Assembly (NCBI GenBank): GCA_043228905.1
Contig: JBHGNT010000017.1
Location: 1,550,001-1,614,000, forward strand
Origin: Azolla caroliniana
Lineage: Eukaryota > Plantae > Polypodiophyta
DNA length: 64,000 bases
Direction: 5' to 3'
The notes under the pieces were generated by a model. It had not been told where the DNA came from and did not search any database. It saw only the letters and a list, made by a program, of their open reading frames with translations. A program made the translations under genes and the position numbers. Below are positions 25,819 to 39,900 of the stretch, in pieces (position 1 is the first letter of the stretch; the number at the start of each line of letters is the position of its first letter).

Positions 25819-26803
25819 TGAGAAATGCACATAAGAGATCAAAACCAGTCTACTTAGCTTCTTACTTCTTAATCAATTTATGGTTGATACAACGGAACCC
25901 ATTTGGGTTGGCTTGGCTAAAAAGGGTGTGCTAAAAGGGTGGGTCAACTTGGGTACATGCATCCTAAAAAGGATGAGCTAAAAGGGTGGCACAAAGGAAC
26001 ACATGCACACCACATTTCCCCCCTGCGAGAAACAAGAGATTGAGGGGCATGAACAAGAACATGACATGGACAAGCACAAGAACAAGAACAAGAACAAGAA
26101 CAATGGCTTGTCGAAGGAGGGGGAGCAACTGATGGTAGCTTTCAAATGGAAATCCATGGATGATTCTAGTGCGAGGTGAGGGTTACGCCCATAGAGTGCT
26201 CGAAAATGGTTGATTTATGCAGCCATCTCGTGTTTGAGGGTCTTGTTGAGGCGTTCGGTGAAGATGGCATGGGGATGTAAACATCTACGGACACGTAGTT
26301 GAGTTGCAACGAAGTTGAGGACAAGAAGTTAGTGGGCAACCTAAGGTGAGGGGGAAGAGTTGGTGGGGCAAGACATAAAAGTGGTGTGAGAAAGTGAGAG
26401 TGTCTAAGGTGAGGGTGTAGTGGGCTTACATGCTAGAGAGGTATAGATGGCAATCGCCAAAAAAGGACTTGGATGGAGGAAGTGGTGGATATCGGGAGGC
26501 CTAACTAGTGAACTAAGGCGGTGCTAATAGAAGAGATACTATTACAAAAGACTAACAAGAGTGTCGGTGATGGTGGCGAGGGTGATGCTACCTACGAAGC
26601 GGAAGAGGCGGATGCTTGGATGTGGGGGATTGGTACCCTGCATCTCAACCAATATGTGAAATGCACATAAGAGATCAAAACCAGTCTACTTAGCTTCTTA
26701 CTTCTTAATCAATTTATAGTTGATACAACGGAACCCATTTGGGTTGGTTTGGCTAAAAAGGGTGAGCTAAAAGGGTGGCACAAAGGAACACATGCACACC
26801 ACA
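25819..26803 (-). mobile_element. Non-autonomous Ty3/gypsy-derived LTR mini-element (TRIM-like), 985 bp
   Basis: LTRs 25819-26014 and 26655-26803 with TG..CA ends; 4-bp TSD ATAT; PPT (TTTCCCCCCT on +) directly inside the left LTR; tRNA-Ala-like PBS at 26625-26651; integrase remnants TERLNKTLK and FRALYGRNP on - at 26179-26259. Confidence 0.85.
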
Positions 26804-29255
26804 ATATAATAGATAGTTGAAAGCCAATGATGTTGTTGGATTCTCACTCTAACAAATAAATATTAAAAACTAGAATTGATTTACGTATAGTTGTATTTTA
26901 AAGCAAAATTAGGGTATGACTCAAAACAATTAGAGAAGTTTCGATCATGGATGGTGGTTCTGAATCATTTAAAGGATGTGAAAATTTACTGATATTTTCT
27001 TGTAATGCTATATTAATTGGGAAGAGTTTTTACTTTTTCTTCATTTTATCAACCTAGTGGTAAGGTATTATGCTATCAACACGATACAAGTATAGGGTTC
27101 AAATAATATGAATTTCCAAATTCCTATACAATTTTAAGCATGTGAGTTATACCCCCCCCCCCCCCCCCTTTTTACCGATGACAAAAGGTGATAATATTAG
27201 AAATACCAAGGGCTGGATCGATATAACCCCTAACCATTCAAAGACTAACACACCTTAAATTGCTAAAAACTTGGTGTCAAGACTTAAACTAATGCACAAC
27301 AAATTATGCCTCTCTTTTATTTCTACCTAAACTTTTTAGCTTCCATCTTTGTGATGTTTAGTTTTATCTCTTTAATTCTAGGGAGATAGAAAAACATGAA
27401 AAGCAATGTGGATGAGTTACCACAATAATGTAAGGATGAGATACCACATTGCTTCCATTGAACCTCTTTGGTCAATGGGGCTGAGTATGTGATAATGTAT
27501 GCACACTTGTGCAAGATGATGACGATGTTGTATTTATATACTCAAGTTGGCATTAGGTGCCTAATGATGGAAATAATCGAGAAAAGTGAAGAGGTTTTAT
27601 GAGGTTGGTGTATCGCATGAGAACGATGAGAAACACTTCTTGATGGTAGTGAATATTTAGTTATAATGGTACTAGCTTCAATAGAGGATTGGGATTGTTT
27701 GACCTAGGCCTAATTTAAACATTCCTTGAAGCATAAGTAGCTTTAAAATACTCTTAGGCAATTTTGGTAAATTTTACAACTTCATCAAAGTTAAACATCC
27801 CATAACACATGAGTAGCTTTACTCTAAAATATGGTAAGGTAGTTTTTTAAATATTTTCCATCATCTTCAAGATGAAATTAAAAAGAAATTTTTGGCCAAT
27901 TTCCATACGCATGAAAGAAAATGAAGTCCAAATACAAGAAGAGTCAAATGTGTGTGTGGTAGATTGAAATCGAAAATTTACATTTAAGGGAAAAGTTTCA
28001 ACAATGCACAACTTCAAGTGCCAAACTTCGAAAGCTTTTATTTTGGATGTATAAGCATCATTTGCAAGTGTAATGAAAATATGAATGGTCATCATTATTT
28101 GTGGACATAATGACTACCACTATGACAGTATAAGGCTCCAAATTGTAGAAAATCAAGATTGTGCTTACCTCTCGAACTTGATGAGCTTCTATAAGAAAAC
28201 ATTACAACCAAATGTTTTCTATCTACCATAACATTCCATTGGGACTGATTGGGAAGGGTGTCCTAATCAACCAACATCTCTTTCAAAGCATCAATGGTAG
28301 TGTTGCATGCGAACTTCCTCACTCAAAGTTGGAAATCCAATGCAACATTGGAAGAGAAACCAACTTGACCCATGAATTAATTTTTGTCCTTCAAGTTTAA
28401 AAACAAAGACAATGCTTATTCCTACTCTTTGACGATGCACATTCCTCTTTGACGATACACAATGCTTCACATATATGGGTTCAAATCTTTCTAGCTTTTG
28501 TCATGAATCTCTACCCAAATATGATACATACCACTTCATGAGGTATATTCATGAACCAAGAACCACGAGATCACCCTAAACACCATATTATATTTGAGTC
28601 TTAATGTGCTCTCGAATGAATTATGAGGAGGAAATTAAACACTTATAATATCTTTATACACATAACAAATTTATCAAAGGGGAAGTAGGTGTGGTGCATG
28701 ATAACCACCCCACTGTACCAGTAACCATACAATATGTACATTATAGCTTGCTTCACATTATCCTCATATAATCTTCATTAGTGATCTTTTCCCCTTATTT
28801 TAGTCTACAAATTGGCTCATATACAACTATACCATAGCCAATAGCATCTAGGTAGTTCCTAGCAAGCAAGTGTGTATAAGTAACCATTCTTGCATGCTAG
28901 AGGTGCTCGTTCATCCTCAAGCACTTTTTGCAATGACATTGTCTAGCTAATGTAGGATTTGGGCAAAGGGGATGTGACCATAGGTTTTGACCTTGATGTA
29001 TAGTTGTACATGAGGAATGTGTATACATTTCAACCATTGAAAAGAAAACAAACCATTGAATTTTTTATTGCAACCTATCTATGTTGTAATCACATGCCAA
29101 CGATACGATGAGGCCATTATGCAACCATTTGAATAGCTTATGTTTTTACTAGAATTTATGGTCAATGTATTTCCTAAAAAATACCCCAAGATAAACATAA
29201 TCAATCCTTACATCTAGCTACATCCTCAATGGGAATTTCGTTTCTTGTTGGATAA

Positions 29256-30075
29256 TTTTTTTTAAGAAGGTTCGACTTGGTATTAATGGAAAGATGCCGA
29301 AAAGCTACAACGAATTCGTAAAATATATAACAACCCTCATATCCACATCAACCAACATGTCAAGTATCAAAAGCCCTCATGTAGGGTTGTTCGAAGATAG
29401 GGGGGTGGAAAAAGCCATCTTGGTGGAGCATATCTCCACTTTATTCTTTCTCCAAAAGAGGTGAAGACCTCAACATTTTTCCAAATTTCTCGAAACTATT
29501 GTTGTTTACAAATCACAACCTCAGGCTCACCAGTTATTGCATCATATTGACCCCTTAAAGTATCTAAGAGCATTAACCATACCTCTTTGACTAACTCAAC
29601 CGCATTCTGTTTAACTTTCTGAAATACACATTTACATGTAGCCTTCCACAATACCCAAAGTACTAGAGAAGATATCGTAGACCAAACCATATCCTCTTCC
29701 AAACAACTGACTGTTGTAGTATTAGAGACCTCCAATACATGTCTTCCATCGGAGAGGAGAAGAAAATCACCATACTCCTTTTCATAGTTCAAAATTTCTT
29801 TAGCCAATCTTCCCCATCTCACAAAACCCCATGTGTACACTTGCCTACCATAAATAGGATAACATTCTTTTCCAAACTACTCTAGCAATAGTACATATCC
29901 ATAAATCATGGTAAACCGATTCAATGGGAGAACCACAACTGTCACATTTTAAATCATGGCAATGTCCCCGCATCCATGCCTTCACAGGAATGGCATAATG
30001 TGTGAACAACCATTTAAATAACACAACTTTTTTAGGGATTTGCATGGCCCATAACTATTTCCAATAAGCATTCAA
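29256..30075 (-). mobile_element. 3' fragment of L1-clade LINE (zf-RVT region, 3'UTR, poly-A)
   Basis: Poly-T at 29256-29263; minus-strand WAMQIPKKVVLFKW..CDSCG..ESVYHDLWICTIARVVW, LWVLWKATC and WRYAPPRWLFPPP, with stops/frameshift. Confidence 0.88.
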
Positions 30076-30102
30076 CCAAGAATCTATTACATTATTGGTG
30101 AA

Positions 30103-30815
30103 AATCAAGGACATGGCAAGCCAAAATTGGGTGCCGATTAGCGATAAGGCAAGATGGTTGTTGTGGATGTAAGAAGCAATTTTCTTATGAGTGATAAGGA
30201 GTGTAGATGGTGTGGGGGTTGAAGAAGCATATTATCATGAGTTGGTGAGGGTTTTTTTACATTAATTTGTTTGTGGTCTATATGGAAGGATGCTTGATGG
30301 AAGGAAATCAAGGACATGGCAAACCAAAATTTGGTGCCGATTAGAGAGAAGGCGAGATGGTTGTTGTGGATGTAAGAAGCAATTTCTTCTGAGCGATAAG
30401 GATGAGTGTAGATGGTGTGGGGGTTGAAGAAACACTTATCATGAGTTAGAATTTGGCGGTAATCGGCGAGATAGTTGATGTGGACGTAAGAAGAATTTTT
30501 TGAGGGATAAGGATGAGCGAAGACGTTGTGGGGGGTGAAGCAGAATATTATAAGTAGGTATAGGAAATTGTTGAAAACGAGCAATGATTGCCAAGATGGA
30601 TGTTGTGGAAAAGGAAGCTGCTTATTTTTTGAAAGGACGAACGAGAATGTTGTCAAGGTCATGAGTGGATTGGGACAACTAATTTTTTCTTGGTTGGCTA
30701 TGCAGGAATTTCAAGGAAAATGGAGAGATGGTTGATGTGGAAATATTTGAAGCACATTTTTTGTTTATAGTTTATATAACGATGAGCGAAGATGGTGGCG
30801 GAGGCAGAAGCAAAG
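30103..30815. repeat. Degenerate tandem repeat (two ~203-bp copies plus diverged subunits)
   Basis: AATCAAGGACATGGCAA.CCAAAATT.GGTGCCGATTAG at 30103 and 30306; GATGGTTGTTGTGGATGTAAGAAG-like subunit recurs about 5 times. Confidence 0.7.
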
Positions 30816-30870
30816 TTTAGTGAGGGTCTGAGGAGAGTGGATTTTAGTAGAGAACTAGTATTTTCATATG

Positions 30871-31355
<485 letters not shown>

Positions 31356-31839
31356 CTAGTAAATATGATGTGAAATGTGGCATGAGCAAAAGGCAGTGCT
31401 TGACATGGAATACATTGACATCGAATACACTGACATGGAATACATTGTTTACAGGGAATGGCCAGATGAGAAGAAATGGAGTTTTAGCAAAGCCGGTTGG
31501 AAATGCTTGTAGACATACAACCATGGTAGATAAAGGTCAAATATATTGTGAAGCCATGGTGATGAGCGTTTATTTGTATGCTGATCAGCGTCAGCATGCG
31601 AGAATGGAAGAAGATGGAGGAACATTGGGTCTTAGCCAATGATCACATGAGATGGGAAGAAGAGTCATGTATGTGTGTCCACCGTTCTTTGTAGTCTTCT
31701 ACTTTGAGTCTTTCCGTTTTTTATTGGCCTATCATGGCCACAACTTTTACGATGTTGTCAGACTAATCATTTTCTCGTGTATGAAGAATTTATACTAATG
31801 AAGAATATTGTTTTGGAAAAAAATAAAAAAGATCTGTTA

Positions 31840-32200
31840 CATTACCAAATCTCCAAAATTTACAAGTTGTTGGTGTAACAGTCATACCTCTCCTTAGCAT
31901 TTCTCTACCCATTTTTACCGAATACTGAAAAAATGGGAGTTGCTTACTTAACATTCCTTGCGTTGATCTAATTTGTCATTTCCACTCACTAGGATCCCAC
32001 AAAAGGCGATCGATGGGCTTATTCTCATAAACCCATAAATCAGAGAGATTGTTTACATCATTTGGATGTGGGTTCAATATCCATTTTTTATCTTTCTTGT
32101 TGGATAGTTTACAAATTTTGTTTATTGAAAACACTCTAAACCAATGGGAATGAGCCCTCAATCAATTTACATTACCTAGTTACATTATCAATGTAAATTT
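31840..32200 (-). mobile_element. Internal LINE ORF2 fragment, same family as 24558-25799
   Basis: KKWILNPHP..LWVY..RLLWDPSEWK and QLPFFQYSVKMGREML align with KKWILDPYP..RLTWDLGGW..VPFFQYSVKLGRSL. Confidence 0.8.
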
Positions 32201-35200
32201 TGTTCATTTTTGGAACATTTGCAAGATTTGTATAGCAAAGATATCAATCATGTTGAGGGGTTTGATTAAAATATACGAATTTCACAATGGTTTCTTCTAG
32301 CCTGAAATTGCACATTATGATAAACAATATCCATTTAACCTAGTTTGGTGCGATTTTAGAATAGTTGCTTAACAACATAACATTTAAAAAAGTGATATGG
32401 GATGATGAGCATGGAGAAATATTGATGTGAGACTTTAATTTAACTCTATTGTAAACCCAAGTCAAGTTGATTATTACTTTAAGTTTGATTGAATAGTTGT
32501 GGAAGAAATTCACGGCTATATCTCAAAGTATTAAATCAAAATTGCACATTAGTTTACTTCGAAGCCATTTTACAACATATGCATATGAAGACTAGGAATT
32601 GGAAAGGTATATTGAGGGACAAGGAGACAAACCAATGCCAAGACATCGGTTAACTCTTCTTTGTTCTTTAGATAATAAAGTTTGGAATTGCTTTATGTCT
32701 CTTTCTTTACCAATGGCATGATTTGATATTTTATTTGATTCTTTTCATATATCACTCAATCAAAGGTTATTTATGTGAAATTTCACTACTTTTTATACTT
32801 GAAAGTGTGATGTATGAAGTCATGACACCAAAACCAAATTAATTATAAACGTAGAGCTCGTGTCTAAGAATAAAGAGAGAGATTTACAATCCAAAAGTCA
32901 CTTTAGCCTAAACCAAAAGAAACTTCTTTGTGAAGTTGAATCTAAGTAAAGAATTAATGGATACAATGAATCTCTCGCTATCGAGCAAAAATTGTGGATT
33001 TCAATTATCAATATGAATCTCTACAATTTCAAAATGCTTGTATTTACCTTGTATCTATCAAATATTCATTGAGTTCATACATCTATCGTCAATGATGTCC
33101 ACAAATGTGCATTGCTCCATACTAAATACTAATGCCAAACCTCGAAGGCTTAGGCTACCTAGCATGGTCTTGCATTAGATATATCTAACACATATATCTT
33201 GGGACTCTAATTCACAACTTTTTTAAACCATTGGATTCTAAATTTCTTGAATCACCCATCAAGTATGCTTGTGTCTCTTGATCAAGGAGATATCACACCC
33301 ACACCAAATACTTTGGGTCTCCAACTGTTGCAATAATAAGTTGTTTTTATTTTATTTTTTGAATGAGCTCACGTACCAAGTTGCATGTAAACATTCTCGT
33401 GAGCATTCTTAGAAAATCGATTCCTTCATTTGTTCAAGGTTGTCACATTTTCCGATCCACGGAACAACATTGGTTGTCGACATTAGTTTTCCCTCATTAA
33501 CATTAATAAGAGATGACCGCTTTTTAAGAAGAAACAAGGTGACAGATGCATATAGTGACCAATGATTTAACAATATAAAGTATTACTTTCCTAGGTTTTT
33601 GTATGCTAGACTTTTGTGCAATCATCTTTGAATTTCAAGAAGAGGTTACACTGATTCAATTTCCATTTCAATCAATTAACCCTCGAGCAGAAAGAGGTTT
33701 GAATTTATTTTAAGAATAAATTAAAACCACTTGCTCGACTACATTGAACACCACTAAAACCAAATGAAGTTCATATTCTACAAACACAATACATGAAGAT
33801 TATTTGGGGAATACAAGTTTCTAGAGCCATGGATCATGTAGAGTAGGCCTATAGAATCTATTAACAAATCATAGATACATTTCTTATTATTTATCAATAA
33901 GAAAAAAATTCACAATGAGCTCAATGTGATTTAAATCTTTGTTGATTTTGTAAAAGCTCATATGTTGTTTTCATCAAGTAAGCATTTCATAGTACGCATG
34001 TACCCCATACGCAAATACATTATCATAAGTTTGGGTTAGCATTTAGAACTTTTGTTAGAATGCATTTGATTAATTTGGGCAATAATGGGAAGAACATTGA
34101 TTTTCTGTTTTAAAGAAAGTCTATGTGGCATGGATTCACAAACATATCCGACAAACTATATGAGTTTGTGATTGCATTATTGGAACATTTCATGGTGATA
34201 ATGCTTGAGTTGTATGTGCATAAATGTGTGTGAATGTGCCTAAAACTCATGCATCAACATCCCAAAAATTTCTTTTTATAGGAGTAGGAAGTTCATGAAG
34301 GACATTGTAAGAGGAATAACCGAAAGGCTGCAAACAATTGTGTTGAAATTGTTAAAGTGCCAGCACAACACATCACGTATTCCCTTGGGAATTTCAAAGG
34401 TGCACCAAAGTAGAGATACTTTTAACTGTGCAATGTGCAAGGTTATAGAGTCTAGGCAATGCCAGAGCAACTACGTCTTACAAGACATCACAAATGTGTC
34501 AAGAAGCAAAATCTTCATCTACTTGAAAAGAAAGGAAGTTGACATCAAGGGCAACGAGCAAACACCATGAGAGAGAGAGGCAATGAGAGGTTAGACTTCG
34601 GTTGAAAAGAGAAGAAAAAAAGGTATGAGAGAGAGTAGTGGAGGGGGGGTTGGGGGTGTTATCCAATCGAGGAGGTGCATGGTGGATGAGGAATCACAAG
34701 GTAAGGTTGGTCCAACTTTATGGAAAGGAGAGTGCGGTAAAGATTGAGATTATATGTCCGTGACGCGAAGTGTCTTTGAGGAAAGGCTTTATTTAAATAC
34801 ACTTTAGGGCCGTCCTCGGAGCAACATTGCAAAGATGAAGGAAACGAGACGTTTTACAAGTCGAGATATGCATCCAAGAGAACATCTACAACATGTAGAA
34901 GAGGTTTTTTCACGACCTCTCTCCTCCCCAAGTCTTCTTAAAACAAGGACATGTGTAAAAAGAGTTTTTCTAGAAGGCCAGCCCCAAAAAAACACAATAT
35001 TGAAACCTTCATTAGGGGCGGAAGGCATAAGGCCAACCAAAGGGCACAAAGAAGCACAAAAAGTGAGAGGTGTTTTAGAAAATGCAAGAAAGCAAAACAA
35101 GAGGATTCTTTATTTATATTATTACTTAGCAATTATTTGTGAGAAGGGGTAGGGGGAGCTGATGGAGGCATAAAAAGGTGTCAAAAAAGAGTGAGTTAGT

Positions 35201-35266
35201 TAAATCCTTACTACAGTGAGTGAGTAGTGAGTGAATGTGTGTGTGAGAGAGAGAGAGTGCTTGGTC

Positions 35267-36664
35267 ATGAAGCCACTACTACCACAATTCCACCTTCATC
35301 TCCATCTCCATCTCCATCTCCATCTCCGCCTCCGCCTCTTGCCGCCCAATCCCGAAGAAGTCTTCGCGTTCGTCGCTCTCGTTTCATCGATTTTCCTCTT
35401 CGTCCTACCTATCGCCTCTGCCCAATTGGCCCCCTCCGACTTCTTCGCCCTCCAAGCCGTCCACCGGTCACTACGAGACGTAGTTGGCCCCCCCATCACT
35501 TCCTCGCCTTCTTCTTCGTCTTCCTCGGTATCATCCGATTCGGCCTCCTTTTGGCCCTCCCCCACCTCTTTCTTTGCTTCATGGGACTTCGCCAGAGACC
35601 CTTGCTCCTTCGATGGCGTCTTGTGTGACATGGTGGGCGGCCATGAGCGGGTAGTGGCGCTGAATTTAGGCATTGCGAGCGGGGGTTCAGCCGGCTTGCG
35701 TGGACATCTGCCTCCGGAGATCGGCCACCTCACCGCCCTTGTACAGCTGACCTTGGCCCCGGGCAAAGTCAGTGGACCTATCCCCACCTCCATCGGCTAC
35801 CTCAAAAGCCTGCAAAACCTAGGGTTGGGCCACAATCTCTTGGTGGGGCCCATACCAGTGGAGCTTGGCCAATTGACCGGCCTCCAGACGCTAGATTTGG
35901 GCTACAATCGGCTGAGCGGCGGGGTTCCCCAAGAACTGGCGGCGATCACAAGCCTGGTTACACTAAGATTGGCACACAACCGCCTGACCGGGCAGCTACC
36001 GATCAGTTTCCGGTCAATGAGTCAGCTTGACCATGTAGACATGAGGCGGAATTCTCTAGAAGGCCCGCTCCCGCTCCTCCCGCAGTCGGTGACCTACCTT
36101 GACTTGTCAAGGAACCGGCTGACCGGACCCTTGACTGAGGCCATATCTCCCTTGACCTCATTGACCTACATTGACCTCAGCGAGAACGAGCTGACGGGCG
36201 GGATCCCGGGGGAGCTGTGGGGCTCGTCCACTCTCGCCTCGATGTCTCTGAGGCGGAACTCGCTCTCGGGGCCGTTGGTCCCGGGGGGCCTCGTGACAAT
36301 CCCAACCGTCGATCTTGCTTTCAACGAGTTGTGGGGCCCGATCCCGCCGTTTCTCGCGTTCGTGCGGGACCTATACCTAAACAATAACCGGCTCACCGGG
36401 GCGGTGCCGCAAGAGTTCGTGGACCAAGTGCTCGGGGGCTCAATGCATACGCTCTTCCTACAGCACAACTTCTTGACTCGGTTCCCGGTGCCGTTCTCCA
36501 CTCCCGGTGGGCCGTGGCCGTGGCCAGGCCCGGGCTTGGGCACGGCCACTACAGCCGTGTGCATCCAGTATAATTGTATGATGCCCCCCATAGACTCACC
36601 TTGTCCACACAGCGGAGGAACGCGTGCTACCAGACCCTCCTCCCAGTGCAAGAACATCTCCTAA
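35267..36664 (+). CDS. Intronless secreted extracellular LRR protein without kinase or TM domain (At4g03010/At1g03440-like), ~465 aa
   Basis: First ATG at 35267; hydrophobic signal VFAFVALVSSIFLFVLPIASA; LRRNT DFFALQAV..FFASWDF..DPC..GVLC; VALNLG..GSAGLRG; plant LxxLxLxxNxLxGxIP repeats; C-terminal LFLQHNFL..CIQYNCM.PP..PCP..G....RP..QC. Confidence 0.9.
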   Translation: MKPLLPQFHLHLHLHLHLHLRLRLLPPNPEEVFAFVALVSSIFLFVLPIASAQLAPSDFFALQAVHRSLRDVVGPPITSSPSSSSSSVSSDSASFWPSPTSFFASWDFARDPCSFDGVLCDMVGGHERVVALNLGIASGGSAGLRGHLPPEIGHLTALVQLTLAPGKVSGPIPTSIGYLKSLQNLGLGHNLLVGPIPVELGQLTGLQTLDLGYNRLSGGVPQELAAITSLVTLRLAHNRLTGQLPISFRSMSQLDHVDMRRNSLEGPLPLLPQSVTYLDLSRNRLTGPLTEAISPLTSLTYIDLSENELTGGIPGELWGSSTLASMSLRRNSLSGPLVPGGLVTIPTVDLAFNELWGPIPPFLAFVRDLYLNNNRLTGAVPQEFVDQVLGGSMHTLFLQHNFLTRFPVPFSTPGGPWPWPGPGLGTATTAVCIQYNCMMPPIDSPCPHSGGTRATRPSSQCKNIS

Positions 36665-36837
36665 AGAATCATCATCACATAACGCTTCAATTGTTTTCTT
36701 AACGAATTCTTTTCTAATTAGTATTTATGTATTAACCCCCCTTTGTCTCTCAATAGCGCACCATACATTTTGCTTTCTTGGCTTTGGCTTCTTCTGACCC
36801 CACCCCCCACCCACCCACCAAGCCTCTCTCACCTCAA

Positions 36838-36993
36838 GTTGCCATGTCATCACCTCTACTTGCCATGTCATTACCTCCACTTTCCATGTCACCACGCCCC
36901 CCCCCCCCCCACTTGCCATGTCATCACCTCCACTTTCCATGTCACCACTTCCACTTGCCATGCCATCACCTCAACTTGCCATGTCATCCCCCA
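36838..36993. repeat. 21-bp minisatellite (CTTGCCATGTCATCACCTCCA), ~7 copies with a poly-C interruption
   Basis: Units visible directly; it generates spurious ORFs on both strands. Confidence 0.9.
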
Positions 36994-39900
36994 CCCCATT
37001 TCTTACAATGACATGATGACACCTTATGTCACAACTACCCCATGCGACAACATGATCATATCTTGCTTACAAGCACCATGCCTCGTTTCTCGATGGATTG
37101 TTACCCTCCATCCACGCTTCTCCTTTCTCCTTCGCGTCACAACTCACAAGTACCCCCCCCCCCCCCCCCCCCATGTGACATGATGACAACTTACATGGCT
37201 TGATGTTACTTTTGGCTTCTCGATTGATCTAGGCAAACATCATGATCTTTGGGATTCACTTAGGATTGTTCTAAACACCATCATGATCATCAATCACTAT
37301 ACAATATGTTCCACATAGATACTTTGATATCCCCTCTCGATGTTAACATCATTGCTATTGCGTACCACATAAAGCACACCTTGTGCATATACTCTCTTGG
37401 CCCAATGTGAAATTAACCCCTTGATTAGATTCACTCTCAACTTGGTTTTTTCATGCAAGCTTCACCAACCCTTTAATGACATCCACTCTTGTTCTTGCTC
37501 CTTGTAAAGTAAAATAAATTTATCCCATTCGGCTAAACTTTTGTTTTTGTTGAGATAAACATTGGTGTTGCCTATCAAATAATGTTCTATAATTCTCTTT
37601 TGCATTGCCAATTAATGTTGTGAGGTGTTTTTATGCGTTATTAAACACAATAGAGGAAGTACATCTAGTTAAAAGACGCATGTATGTATCTCATTTGCAA
37701 TGTCATTAGGATCCCCACTTCACTGTAGCTTCAAGGGTACAATATCTTCCTTTTGAAATTAAGGTAACCCCATACTTCTTCACTGTATAGCTTCACTATT
37801 CTTCACAAGTTGAAGTCTTACTTGAAATGAAGCCATGGTGTTTTTGTGGGATGGTGAAGCTTATTAGCATTCTTGAATGACCTTGGTGAATAGAGAGACC
37901 CTACGTGAAACTAAGAAACCAAGCCTTGGCAGTTAGGGCCCTCCATTTATGCATGAAAGTTTCTATAATATCATATTGTGTTGCTCAAATTTACCATACA
38001 AAATTACAATTCATAGCATGGGAATGTCATTTTGAATATGGATTTTTTGTCGTGCTCCAAAACGATTTTGATACATCTACATCCATTATCTCACGTTATT
38101 TGTAATTTGATTTTGAGAGTATAAGCATACATGGGTTGAATGTCTCACTTTATTTCTTGAGAGCTTGAAATCAAGTTTAAAGTTATCAACATCCATGATC
38201 TTACCTTCAATTTGCAAGTCATCTTATAATGTAATTTTGAAGCAGTTCTTTTATACATCATGAGGTTAAAGAGTCTAGGAACATGACAATGTGATTGTGA
38301 TTTACACCGCTAAGATTGTGGTTGAGTCTAGGGTACTAGTTTTGATATTGCATTTACATTAGCATTTTTTTCCTAATTTTAATTTTAGATCATGCGCAAA
38401 AACAATGGCTTTCTCATATTCATTATTATTTCCAGAACCTAATGGTGGTAGTGGTAACATTGCCCTTCAAAAAGCAATGCTAACAAAATAGTACTTCATC
38501 TGTAGTCTTCTTCATATCCAAATGGACCACTTCCTTCATGATCATGAACGACAAGAATTGACAAGTCATATCAAGAAACATGCCATTTATAGTTTGATTG
38601 GTTTAATGAATTTTACAGTTTTGTTCATGGTGGATGCAACTACCAACCTATTAAAAAAACATTGCATTTGATGACATTGGCATAGAAGTACTAGATATAA
38701 AGGGACAAAAGGGTCCATAAATAATGTACATGTTAATTCGGCACAAGTAGTATGGGCATAGTTATTCTCTCAAGTGTAAGCCGACATTTAGCAATTAAGA
38801 ATGGCTGTAGAAGCTCGCACATAAAGTTTTCAAGTACATATGCACAAAATAGAGAGAGTTTGTGTGTGCGCATGCACTTAATCGAAACATAAAATAAAAT
38901 GAATGTGGATAAACACATTTAAAACAAACATTATAGAACATAAAAAATTATAATTGCATTAAGATAGTTGTACAAGGATATTAATATTCATTTATATGAA
39001 CTCGATTGCATGGAGTCATAGTCATGGAGCACTTGGATGGATGTAGCTTGTTATGATACACTCTATTGTGTATAGTAAGCCCATGAGGACAACACATGAT
39101 GTCATTCATATCAAGCCAGAAGTGTCTTGTGTTTCCATTATGTGTACATGCACAAGTAATGTGTTGAACTCTTATAATGCAACTATAATTGCATGATACA
39201 AAGAGATCATGTCCTATTTACTTTCATAAAAGCTTTAATTCATTGTCTATCATTTCCACTACTACCAAAAGTGTGTGTCACATTCTGCATATTTTGGTGG
39301 TGGAGCACTTTGACAGTTGCATATAAAGGGGTAATGACAAGATACAAAGTTGCATAAATTCCATCATATACATACATGTTATTCTCTTATTTCATGATCA
39401 TTGAAATAAAATTGATACACAAGTACTTAAAGATGTCATGATAATGTTCAATTGCTTGAAAAGCTTTTCCAAACGAATTTGGAAAATTGAACGTGCATGG
39501 TCACCTACAACTTTAGAATACACTTCCATTTATACAACGAGTTTTGGTTTACTTCCATAGATGCCCTTAAAGTTTTTGTAATTGTTGTGAAAGCCCTGTG
39601 TTGACCCTTGATAGAGTGAGAAATGGGATGAATTGACCATGTGAAGGCACAAATAGCACATGTTAATTAAGAAAAGTGGCATGACTAGATATTTGCACAA
39701 ACAACATATATAAGATGGTTGATTAAGAGCAAAAACTAGGGTATTTGTGAATAAATAAAAACATACAAGCATTTCAAAGTTTTTCCAAAAATATATGTAT
39801 GTTGTTGAGTGGCAAAAGATAGCAAATATTGGGTTTCGATTTCGTTATAGATAGACGCGTGTTATAATTCAATTGCTTCATTGAATAACTATGTTAGCAT

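Noticed and set aside
32400-34570. Possible hAT transposase or BED-finger relic (CAMCK)
   Set aside because: Only isolated residues resemble the motif; not supportable without a profile search.
35296-36657. Antisense ORFs (165 and 163 aa) over the LRR gene
   Set aside because: Expected shadow ORFs of a GC-rich coding sequence.
36725-37183. His/Cys/Pro-rich repetitive ORFs
   Set aside because: Translations of the 21-bp minisatellite and poly-C tracts.
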